A stretch of 64,000 bases of DNA from Albugo candida (Eukaryota), in assembly GCA_040437565.1 (NCBI GenBank), contig JBDOQK010000058.1, positions 1 through 64,000 on the forward strand, read 5' to 3'. The notes under the pieces were generated by a model. That model was not told the origin of the DNA. It saw only the letters and a program-made list of their open reading frames with translations, and did not search any database. Position 1 is the stretch's first letter, and every line of letters starts with the position of its first letter. Below, piece by piece: positions 1 to 11,500 of this stretch. Made by a program: the position numbers and the translations under genes.

Positions 1-959
1 CATATATATTTGAGTGTGGATATCTCACATCACGGAATGATCATTCTGGCACTATCAACCTGTCCGCAACGAGACAACAAGCCCTACTTAGGATGATATT
101 GAAGTGTTACGATAAGGACAGAAATGATGTGGATGCTTATTGCGCTCGGAGCTCACCCCAGCGAAGCATTGGCTGTTCAGAAGTTTATCAATTTGATGAA
201 ATGTGTCACCTTGATGTGAGTGTTGCACTTAGAATACTCAAAAACACGTCAAATGTTGATGGATGAATTTGCGGTAAATCATGATGTAAGGATTTTTGAG
301 TCCGAAATTGTTTTAGAAAAATTAAAGGAGCACTCTGTCGAAAAACAATACCGAGGATACGTAGTTCATTTTCTTTCCCTTGATGGCAGACTATTTGACG
401 AAAGGAGAAAGTCCATTTAAATATGAGGGTGGATATCTCACATCACCTAATGGTGATTCTGTCACTATCAACCTGTCCGCAACGAGACAACAAGCCCTAC
501 TTAGGATGATATTGAAGTGTTACGATAAGAACAGAAAAGAAGTGGATGCTTATTGCGCTCGGAGCTCACCCCAGCGAAGCATTGGCTGTTCAGAAGTTTA
601 TCAATTTGATGAAATGTGTAAACTTGATGTGAGTGTTGCACTTAGAATACTCAAAAACACGTCAAATGTTGATTGATGAATTTGCGGTAAATCATGATGT
701 ACGGACTTTTGAATCCGAAGTGTTTCAATAAAATTAAAAAAACACTGTCGAAAAACGATACCGAGGATACGTAGTTCATTTTCTTTTCCTTGATGGCAGA
801 CTATTTGACGATATGAGAAAGTTCAAATATATTTAAGCGTGGATAACTCACATCACGGAATGGTCATTCTGGCACTATCAACCTGTCATCAACGAAACAA
901 TATGCCCATTGAGGGGGTAATGAATGCGTTGCGTTTAGAACGGAGAACAAGTGGATGCT
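1..959 (+). repeat. ~410-bp tandem repeat, ~2.3 units, runs off the window start
   Basis: The anchor GGATATCTCACATCAC (or variant) recurs at 18, 431 and 841 (periods 413 and 410). The downstream sequence, e.g. ACTATCAACCTGTCCGCAACGAGACAACAAGCCCTACTTAGGATG, is near-identical in units 1 and 2. Confidence 0.95.
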
Positions 960-2746
960 GATGTGAAAGTGCTGTCGGAGGTACTCGCGTACCGACTTTT
1001 TCCGAAATTGATCCATGAGGACCAAAAAGGTGACGTTCCATCCATCATCACATTCGGTATATGACTGATCTGCAGGATATAGTCTCTCATCGTGATGAAG
1101 CAGCATACGCAACATTTATCGGTTTTGAGAAGCGTACGATCGAGTGGATTGGTCGTACATGTTTGAAATTTTATCGAAAATGAATTGTGGAACTTCGTAC
1201 ATCTAGTGAACAAAGCTTCTGTACAACAACACGACTGTATCGTTGTTTCTGAATGGAACGCTTTCGCCAAAAACCACTCCGTCGAGGGGTCTTAAACAGG
1301 GTGATCCACTATCCACTTTGCTCTTTCTCATGACGATTGAGCCGTTGAGGAATTTGTTGCGGAAACATGAAGGACCAGGAATGTTCATCACTACAACGAA
1401 TACAGCAACAAGTTTGTTTTTTTGCGGACGACTTGACATTATTTTCGTCTTCGCTCATTGGAGTGGAGGCGCAGCTCGAGATCGTTCAGAAGTACTGCGA
1501 TGATTCAGGAGCAAAGCTTGCCGTGTCCAAGTCCACTTTGCTACCACTAAGTCAACACCACGTAGGTCAACCGTTTTCACATGTGAAAGTACTCTGACCG
1601 AGCGCGTCGGTGAAATATTTGGGAATATCACTCAGTCAATCACCCGCTGGTTATTTGATGATCGAATTCATAGAAGATCATTTGTATGGTGGATTCCGTT
1701 AGTGGTTTCGTCGAGCCAGAAAAGCTCGTGGAAGATTACTGGTGGCACAAACTATGGTGTTATCACGTTTATGGCATCTTACAACTCACTTCAGCAAACC
1801 CCAACATTTCGTTCGACGCTGGCAATCGATGCTCAATCGATTCGTTTTGAGTCGGAAGTATGAGCGCGATTCAGCACACATTCAACTGATCTAAGTCGCA
1901 ATTCTTGTACCTACCTCATTCAGAGGATGTCTTTCGAGTTCCGATTATCTAAAGACAACTGATGAAACAACGCTTTCCGTTTTTACAGCGATTTCTACTT
2001 CATTCCAGTACAGCTTTACCCAGCAACTCGGCACTTCCTGGAATGGAGATCACACGNNNNNNNNNNNNNNNNNNNNNNNNNNNNNNNNNNNNNNNNNNNN
2101 NNNNNNNNNNNNNNNNNNNNNNNNNNNNNNNNNNNNNNNNNNNNNNNNNNNNNNNNTGCAACAGGACAAGTTTATCTGAGAAGAGCACTTTCCGTCGTCG
2201 ACAATCTTCTTTTTTGTTCGCCCGTGATGGTTACAGATCGAGTGTGCACGGATGTCAGCACTTCGTGATGCGTGGAAGCCTTTTCGAGTGGTGCTGGAGG
2301 ATCTTTGGTTTACATTAGTCGCGGTCGCGATTCATTTTATTTGGACGGATCGGAATTGCAGACTTTTCACCCACAGCACTTCGACGCCAACTGCCCCAGC
2401 TATTTCGGTGATTTATAGCACACTGAGTGCCCCTATCCGATATGTTCAACGGCAGTGCTATGATACGGAGCAGCTAGAGCAGTTGACACAAGTATTAGCG
2501 CCTTATCAACATACTGGTTCAGCCAGGAGGTATTTCTCTACTCGGCCCAGCCTGCTTCAATTTTGATGCCGTCAACGATGCTAAGTCGGTGATGCGTGAC
2601 GTTTCTAACTCACTACTATCTTATTCGAGTCGCTGAGCCTCGCTGCGGCTTTCTAGAGCAACATTGTATTCATTTTGTGGATTTATTGTACTTTGGGAAT
2701 AAAAAAGTCATTTACGTCTAATTCTAGTAATATAGACAACTTCAAC
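960..2746 (+). mobile_element. Degenerate L1-like non-LTR retrotransposon: 3' part (RT domain to 3' terminal motif)
   Basis: RT motifs lie in broken frames: DVKVLSEVLAYRL..IHEDQKG, FLNG..SRGLKQGDPLSTLLFLMTIEPL, FFADDLTL, VKYLGI. A C-terminal HFIWTDRN..F motif is shared with the LINE at 19-24 kb. The 3' motif AATTCTAGTAATATAGACAACTTCAAC is also shared. There is an N gap at 2057-2156. Confidence 0.9.
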
Positions 2747-2768
2747 TATAATAAGCCCCCCCCCGACG

Positions 2769-3012
2769 GGGGGTCCGTACCTAGCTTATTCGCTTAACCA
2801 CTTGAGCGCACGGACCCCTTCCGGAGGTTGTTAGTTCGACCCCGGCAGTGTGGGCAGCGGTTTGAGCCCACCCAAGCAATAAGCCTGAAAAATATCGGCC
2901 TCCCTCGGTTTGAAGTTAGACTTAAGTGATATTCACACGGTCAGGGGCTCATGATGGGATAAGGAAGGTAGTTAAAGAACCAGATAAACAGTGTAATGAA
3001 ATCCTTGAAAAA
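2769..3012 (+). mobile_element. Possible SINE-like or structured retroposon tail
   Basis: Contains the inverted repeat GGGGTCCGT...ACGGACCCC and a B-box/T-arm-like AGTTCGACCCCGG near 2833. It ends in AACAGTGTAATGAAAT (2987-3002), identical to 13745-13760. Confidence 0.4.
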
Positions 3013-3523
3013 GTATATCTGCAACTGCGTGGGAGGCCATCTGGATCGACCTGAAGGAAGCAACCATCTGCATTCTCGACGCAAAGAATTTGTCGGAATT
3101 TGAATTCTTTGCAGCAGCCCTGGATGCACCCATGCAACGAAGATTTGGCCGTTCAGGAGGGTAGGACACAACGCACGAAGATGTTAACGTGCAACAACAG
3201 GACCCACAGGGCTCAGTTAACAGAATAAAATATTGTTTGTTATGAACAAACCGTGAACTATAAAATAGTCTAAAAAGAATGAACACAAACGAACAATGGA
3301 GAAAGCGAATGAACTAAATGATTGCATATCGAGCGCAAGATAGTTGACGTCGAAAAGGAACGGGGAGTTGGATCATATTATCATATTGCCCCTTACCTAG
3401 GCGTACTTTAGCACTATGGAAGCAAAAAATAAGCCAATCATATCAAACTGAGGGGATTTTACCGAACGCACTCAGAGAATTTAAAAAAAGTTCCCAATAT
3501 AAAACAAAAAAAGAGTAATTTTA

Positions 3524-4702
3524 GAGAATTCCTAAACTCACCCAATACATTTCTTAGTCAATCACATTTATATCCAATCATACTTAAGATTTTCAGCCAA
3601 TCGGATCTACTGCAAACAGCGACGGTAATTTGAAAACCTTCACTGGTGGAAGATCACCATCTCATGAAGAGTCGTAGGCAGTGAAAGGTCGTAAAAAGAC
3701 ATCAGATAGCTGCTAAGGAGTTCCCAATATACCTTTGAAACAATAAGTCTTTTTGTGCGACCTATGTGCCGTTTCCAATAGTGGCTGCATTTGTGAGAAG
3801 GGATGCATGCAGCATTATAAAATACATCGATAAAACTCCAGGGGATCTGCTGTCTATTAACAATAGGATAAAAATTTCTTATGCAAACAATAAAAAAACT
3901 CAGAATACCAATGCAATAGAATCCATCTGCGTAGAAACAATGACATTTAGAAATCCTATGTGGAGGCCTTGTCGACCGGTCGGATGAGATCTGGCAGGAT
4001 GTGTCGTTCAAAGGCGGATGGATTTCGAAGAGAGATATCAAAGCATGAATTGATTATAGCCCGCAAATATTATCAATTATCCCGTAACAACAGCACCGAA
4101 TCACCAATGTCTATTTGCACCGTTGTACACCAGCAGACACTGGGCATACCATGTGAACATAAGACTATCAGCTAATTCAACACAGCACGGCAATTGCAAA
4201 AGAAGACGTTGACTCACAATGGTGGTTCAAGCATGAAACCCCCCCATCAACCTATCATTGCCAATCTACAACTTTAATCAAAAAGACAGGAAAGTTTTGA
4301 TTGCTAACTTTGGATCTACCTCGTCGGCAAAATCACATTTACAATTCAATTCGCGAACAATTAAGCACAAACAAAATAATTCAACATCCTCTGCCAATTA
4401 GGGGAAGAGGCAGGTCATCAGGTTCACGCAATCATCCAGCAAAAAAAAGATGCTTCAGCTTTGAATATGCCCTGGCAGATAATCATACTCGGATTTTTTA
4501 ATCCACAAACCAGACGCCTTCCCAGAGGCCGTATTTGTCAAGCAACAGGACATGAGGCCAGGAGTTGCAGGTTGCGTCCTGCATCAAGTTCCACTTTTAA
4601 TCAAATCAGTCAAGACTAGTTGGAATGATGAAATATTATTGCCTATGAAAGTGGATGGGGTGTGAGTTTAGGAAAAAAGCGAGGGTGAGTTTAAGAATTC
4701 CC
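3524..4702 (+). mobile_element. Mutator-like (MULE) DNA transposon remnant with imperfect TIRs
   Basis: TIRs GAGAATTCCTAAACTCACCC (3524-3543) and GGGTGAGTTTAAGAATTCCC (4683-4702) match at 18/20. Internal fragments: IIKYIDKTPGDLLSINNRI; SWIM-like CTVVHQQTLGIPCEH; AT-hook-like RGRGRSSGS; knuckle-like ICQATGHEARSC. No TSD was found. Confidence 0.7.
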
Positions 4703-4739
4703 TACTTCTAATTATTCTTTTGTTTAGTACACGAGTTCA

Positions 4740-5580
4740 TTTACTAAGACTCGATATGGTCTTGCGAACATGGAGAAAACTACGATAGGAAGCTGATATA
4801 ATGGGAATGACAGACCTTACCACATTGCAAATGGCCGTATTCAATGACCGCCATTTCGCACTTGCTATTTCATCAAATTGATAGAGTCTTGAACACATAA
4901 TCAATCGCAATGGTTAACCCTGAACTACTGTCAACATATATTTTCCCCAGTTCCAACCGTACATTATAATTACACCACAAAGTGGCCCTATATATCCGTT
5001 GCGAACAGGATATTAATGACGGTAGCACCATTTCGTGATGTGAAAATAGAAATGAACGTTCTCATACCCTTATATAGTTTGCCAACAAGGCATATAAAAC
5101 AATACACATATGCTAGGCATCATTTAGTTCTTACAACAGCAATGAACGCACGTTTATTCACCACGATTCGATATTTTTTGAGAGTATGAACTTGAATACC
5201 AAGGATCAAGCTTATATATTTGATCTAGTTGATCGACTCTTGAGCGCACAAGCAATCGCTGGGGTGAAACCTGAAATATTATCTGCATATACTTCTTTTC
5301 CGTTCTAAACGTAACACTATAATTACACCCCAATGCGGCCTGACTATTCGCTGCGTACAGGATGCTAATTACGTAGCACAATTTCGTGATCTGAAATATC
5401 AATGCCCGAAATATAAAAGAACTCTCACATCCTCATATAGTCTGCCAGCATGCACAGCAAGTAACATACATATGGCAGGCATTACTTGGGAGAGTATTTT
5501 TTTAATTTATCGAAACAAATTCGATTTCAAACGTTCTTATATCAAGATTAAACGCAAGTTCATTCATCAAGATTCTATAT
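4740..5580 (-). repeat. Diverged copies (~2) of the ~410-bp repeat, reverse orientation
   Basis: Anchors GTGATGTGAAAAT (5035) and GTGATCTGAAATATC (5386). The flanking motifs GCGAACAGGAT, ATAGTCTGCCAGC and TTTTCCGTTCTAAACGTAACACTATAATTACAC match the 13.8-15.0 kb copies. Confidence 0.8.
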
Positions 5581-8500
5581 GCTGCTCCACACGTCGTAAT
5601 CGCATCGACTATTACTTCCTGTCGTCCGACCTCTTTGCCAACAGCTTGTTTCAACTCAAAAATGACCCACTAGCCAGTACCATCCCGCGGCTCACTTGCC
5701 TATCACTTTTGGGTTACAACATGCTTCCCACCCAGTTTGTTCGCGTCTTCCTTGGAAATGCCTTACTTGAATTTTATAAGTCTCTTCTATCCAAGGAGCC
5801 TTGAAGACTCGCTTATTAGACCTTAGCGATCTTCTTCGATTAGGAAAATGAGGACAAATCTAGCGCTCTGCTCGATGAACACAAGCGTTCCGACCTTTTT
5901 TTCTGCGGCATTAAATTCAAGCCATTAAGACTCATAAGCTCCAGTAACTCGCCAAGCTACGGAATCCATATCAAAATGCAGCTCAACTTGATGCTCGAGT
6001 TCCGGCGACTCGAAATGTGGGTGAAGAGAAGCTTCTTGATGCAGAAGTTTCAAAGGAAGAAACCCGTCGAAAACCCCTTGATTCCTGGCAGCACTTTGAC
6101 GATACAATCCGATACATTAAAAAATTTACCAAATCATTCGTCGAACACCATACTCCAGTCTTAAGTCAAGTTTGCATCCCTTCAACTCAACATATCGATG
6201 GCTCTCACGCTAATTCATCGGATGAAATGGCTGCGGACACCGAGATTATTGGGTACAGGTTTCTCAATCCACTTCCAAAAATATTCTTCAAGCGTTTACT
6301 TACCGCAAATACGACCTTGTAGAGCTTAGTTCTCTCCTCCGCCACACCCCACAAACCCTTACCGAACAAGATAGAGCCTATCTCAACGCAGCATTTACGG
6401 AAAACATTTTTTAATGGGCAATCAGAACATCAATCCTCAACAAAGCTCCCGGATATGATGTCCTTCCAGTGGAATACTATCAGCTCTTCATTTCGACTTG
6501 GGCACGAATCTTTGAGTTAGTTTACCCCGCACAGCTTGCAAAAGGACGAATGACCAAATTTTCAACGCAGAGCTGCAGTTACCCTTCTGCACAGGAAAGG
6601 TGACAGAAGCCTCACGAGTAACTACCGCCCTATCAACCTACTCAATCATGACACAGAGCTCGGTCCCAAGATTCTCACTTCGCACCTTTGCAATGTCTTC
6701 CCGAAGCTACTCCGCAACATCAAACTGGCTTTATTCAAGGCAGATGAATTCGACATGGACTAGTGCGGGCTCAAGACAGACAACAACTCTGCCAGCAAGG
6801 GTAACTCAATGATGGTGCTATCTTAATTTACTATTCCAAGGCTTTTGACAGTGTTTTGTGGCCTGCCCCTCAAATTGTCTTACCAGATTATGAATTTGGA
6901 GCTACTATTCGTTCATTGGTCGAGACCTTTTACNNNNNNNNNNNNNNNNNNNNNNNNNNNNNNNNNNNNNNNNNNNNNNNNNNNNNNNNNNNNNNNNNNN
7001 NNNNNNNNNNNNNNNNNNNNNNNNNNNNNNNNNGCTACTATTCGTTCATTGGTCGAGACCTTTTACCAGGGTAACCTTATCGCTATCACGATTAATGGTC
7101 GTGCAAGCCAAGCAAGTTTTCCAACTTGGAAGTGGAGTACGCCAAGGTGATTCCCTTTCACCTTCACTATTTTTGCTCTTCTTAGAACCGTTTATGAATC
7201 ACTACGCGCTTCGAAATGACACCCTGGCATACCAGTCCAAGGTTCCTCAACGCCTCAACACCTTACAACTTTTGCGGACGATTGTATCGATTTCCTTAAA
7301 GATCCTTGTGATACGACTCATTTTATGACCAAGGTCAATCATTATGCACAAGGTACTGGGCCTTAACTACATCGATCATGAACGAAAGTATTTAGTTTCC
7401 AATCACCCTCTTCTTAACTAGGTCATTACTACCACGGCCTTTTTCTGCGGTAGTTCCCAAAATCACATTTCTTGGTGTGGAACAATACCAAGATCTCAAC
7501 ATCTCTCGACGATTCCCTTCCAAACTTCAAGCTCGACTAGTGGCATGGAGATTTTGTGGCAGGACACTGCATGGGCGCGCGGTTATCTTTTAATATATTG
7601 TTGTACCTCTTTACTGGTACCCTTCGACAGTAACGCCAATTCCACCCTATATTATCGACTCGTTATGGAAGTTGTGCGAAGCCTTCCTCTATCAACGGCC
7701 ACTCGACCTCAGCAGTGAAATCAAGAGCCCAATAAAATTGAACTGGCTTACGCTACCAGCAACATGTGGTGGTTTAGGCCTACCTTGTATCCACATTTTC
7801 TCGGGGGAAATGCATCTTTGCCTACTTAGGGACGGCATCAAGTCTTGCTTAGCCTTTGCCCCCCCTCATGCTTCCTACCAGCGCTACAGTTAATGAAAGA
7901 TTCACTTCGTGGTACCGGTGCTGCTTTCTCTTACTATATTCGCCCATCAATCTCTCATCTATATTGCAACCTCGTTGGTCTTGCCTTGGTCACCTATGGT
8001 ATGCAGTGTTCCAACAATAACATCGTCTAGTACAGGGGACTTCTAACACTACTACCCATACTACAGGTGCATTAAAGGTGCCTATACAGAGACACTACCA
8101 GCTTGTGTTGGACCGAAAAAGCGCCCCATGGAATATGCAAGTATTCGCACTCGACTGTTTTATCAGCATGAATACCAACATATTTCCGACTTTATCGGTC
8201 GCTTAAGTTTCTTGTCTAATCACAAGGTTTTCAAAGCCTTCCTTCCCCTTCCGCATATCGCTGTGGCATTTCTTCAATGGTCTTATAATGACGCACCGTT
8301 TTCTCGTTTTAGCAACCGAAAACTATTTCACATGCTGTATCACTACCTAAAATAGTGAGGGTTACTGATAAAACCTTGGAAGTTATACCTTAGGAGAAGT
8401 GAAAGTCGATGCGGAAGCGAGAACGATCTCTCAAAAGAGATGTTCTCCCAGTCTTTGCAGACCTTGAATTCTGACTCCAACACAACGGCTTACGTCTCGG

Positions 8501-11500
8501 CGTCAGATATCGATATTATACTTCGGATGTCCTTTGCTCCTATGGCTTTACTCCCCCGAAACAGCCGAGCACTTATTATGGGAGTGTTCTCTGGTAGCAA
8601 CTCTATGTAGTAGCTCTCGCTACCCCATATATGGATGTATCGCAGGACCCTCACATGAGACACTATTGTCTATGGTACCAACTTGGCACTTACAAATTCA
8701 GCAACTGGGAATTATGGTAATCACAATATCCTTCGCGTCGTCGACGTATTTCGTCGCGTCGTTCTCAGAGCGCTATGGATTGCACGCAACAAAGCATGCA
8801 CCATAAAGCTTATCATATGGCACTTTGCTACCTTTGCGCCCATATTCGGCACCTCAAGCCCCTATCACTAAAAACGATCAAATTATGGCCTTATGTGACA
8901 TCTGTCTTTGACGAAAGTCACTAATTCCCTTCATCACTGCGTTTCTATCATGACATTACGTTCAACTCTTGCCTTGATGAAATTAGTCTTCAATGATTTC
9001 CTCCACCAAGATTCCGTCAATGCGTACTATTGTACAACTACATCCTACGCTACTACTACTTACGCTCATGTATGGACTTGGTGACACTTGTTTTCCCAAG
9101 GTTTACCAAGTCTTTTCATCCTTTGCGTCCTTCACTGCCAGCTACTAAATATGCTCAGCTTATGGTCTTCAGTGAAGTTTCACTGCGATCATACTCCACC
9201 AAGTCCTCTTTCATCATGGCATTCAATTATTTTCCACTTCGCCTCATCAACTTCGAACTTCAAAACTTTGTAGCAGCACGTACATAAGCACTTGTCACAT
9301 CAAACGCCTGGCTGATGTACGTCAAATCCAGACAATGGCTAAAGTAGCCTTTGCACTCGCCATTCCAACACAGCGTCAAAAGGCAACAGGAAGTTCACAC
9401 CGAGCTTCTGATCATTCCCACACGCAACTATTCTTGCTTTGTAAAGTTCAAGTTCCCCTTCCCCCAACTCGTGCATTTATTTTTGTAGACTCACTTGGTT
9501 TGTGTAAGCGAGGAACTTCAGGATCCATTTTAACTACTCTCCAAGTATATTCGCACACAAAGATGTTAATTTATATTGTTGAGCACGCTCCCATAATTCC
9601 TTGTCTGGACTGCGCATCGCCTCGCGATAGTACCTCGGATCGGGCAAATGAGCGAATTCAGATTGGTAAACTTGCAGAAAGGTAGCAACTACGGCATTCA
9701 CCACATCACCAGAATCTTACGAGTGATCCATTTGAACTCCCGTAGTAACGGCATTAACAAGCTCGCAAGATAGCTTAAAAAAAAGTAAAGAGTCCATGTT
9801 AGCCTCCGCTTTTCGAATTGACTTTCTTGGAGTGCTCTTGGATCGTCTTAACCCTAGATCAATCTATTCACCGTGAGCCGGCTCAGTCACATGGCTAAAC
9901 ACACTTGTACGATGACTTGATGCTTGCGTGCTAGCTCTTCCAGGTCACTCTCATTCTCTTTACGTATTACCTCCTCCAAGTGCTTATTGTCAGCTTAATT
10001 AAGCATCTTAACGTGACGTACGTGACGAGTTGTAACGACAACACAATCAAGAGGTAGCCAAACGCGAAAGCCTTTCGTTTCATCGTTTTTCCCATGATAA
10101 TTCCATTATCGGACCGCCGCTTCATCGAGTCATCTTAGGATCGCGGAACAAATCGCATTTTGAACCAAACCCGACAATATCCACAATAGTGGGAGGGTTT
10201 CCTGTTAGCATATCGACAGGAGAATCCCGCTAAGGATTAAAGCGGGTTGGCGTTCTGCTCAGAACGTACGCCGCATATTGGGCAGCAACTTTTCAAAAGG
10301 AAAGAGGTAAAGCACTCGAAAAAACATACATCGAGCCATGTTCATCACCTTCCGGTGCACGCTCTCCGCCTTGCCATTTCCTGCCTGGTCACCATTTTTT
10401 TTCATTTGGCGTGCAACTTCGGTGTCACGACAAAACAAATCAACGTTCTTGTATTCACCATCTCCACCGGTCCGCAGCATGTGCACGCGACAATCGTGAC
10501 GCTTTTCGAACAAATAGGAAAATCTTCAATTTTTTCGCAGCTTGATCCTTTGTTCTAGCGAGAAAAATACGGCAATAGTTGGTCTTGGGGTCAACAAAGT
10601 TGACTAGGTATCTGCTGCTCTACAATCCAGCGATGTGATAGGACCCTTAAGGTCTCTACATATCACCCCTCCAACACGATCCGTCGGTGCGCTCGAGCCA
10701 GTGTCTTTCTTCGGTTGAGATGCCCTTGTCTGCTTTCCCTGTGCAAAAGCTAAACATTGCGCTTGAGCATGATCCGTCAACTCAATTCTTAAGTGAGGCG
10801 TACTTGCAAGACGCTTAATCGTTTGGAAGTTTAAATGGTCAAAACTACTGCTGAAAAACATTAATGTACCCCTCTTTACAGTTTGGCCAGACCCAACAGT
10901 AGCTACCACACTCATCACAACATCTCCAAGGTCACAATTATCTATGGCGTTCATCGTTCGATCCACAACCATTACATGATTCTTCATCAAAACATAATAT
11001 ACCACAGATCCATTGTTCAGGACATAATGGTGCCCATTCGACTGTCCAAGTAAACATCCATGGTCTTCTAGACGCCCATAAGACACCAAATTTCTTGTCA
11101 GGTGATGGGGAAAATAGACACATGACAACTCCTTGTCAGTGCTGACGCCATGTGTAAGAAAGCTCTTCCACTGCAACTAACATGCAATTGTGTGCCAACC
11201 TGATGTTGAATTGGTTCACTGGTTGGACAGCTCGCGATTTTGGTCATCATAGACACATCACGAACCAAATGACATCTTATACCCGTGTCAAGAATCCAAT
11301 CACCGTCGTTCAGATCATCAAAACTGGTTGCAGCAAATGCCCACTTGTTTCCATTATTCGGTTTAGAGCGTTTCTTGGTTTCGTTTTCTTTTGGTCTTCC
11401 TTCCTTTCTGCAGTTACGGGCCACGTGACCTGCTTGGTTGCTATTGTAGCACTTTCTTGTGTCCGTAACTGCGTAGACTAGCTCTCGACCAGTGTGACGA

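Noticed and set aside
1..959. CRISPR-like or other repeat-spacer array
   Set aside because: The units are similar along their whole length with no unique spacers, and the context is eukaryotic.
6901..7066. 33-bp direct repeat around a gap (similarly 37 bp at 50970-51143)
   Set aside because: These are gap-flanking overlaps, not biological repeats.
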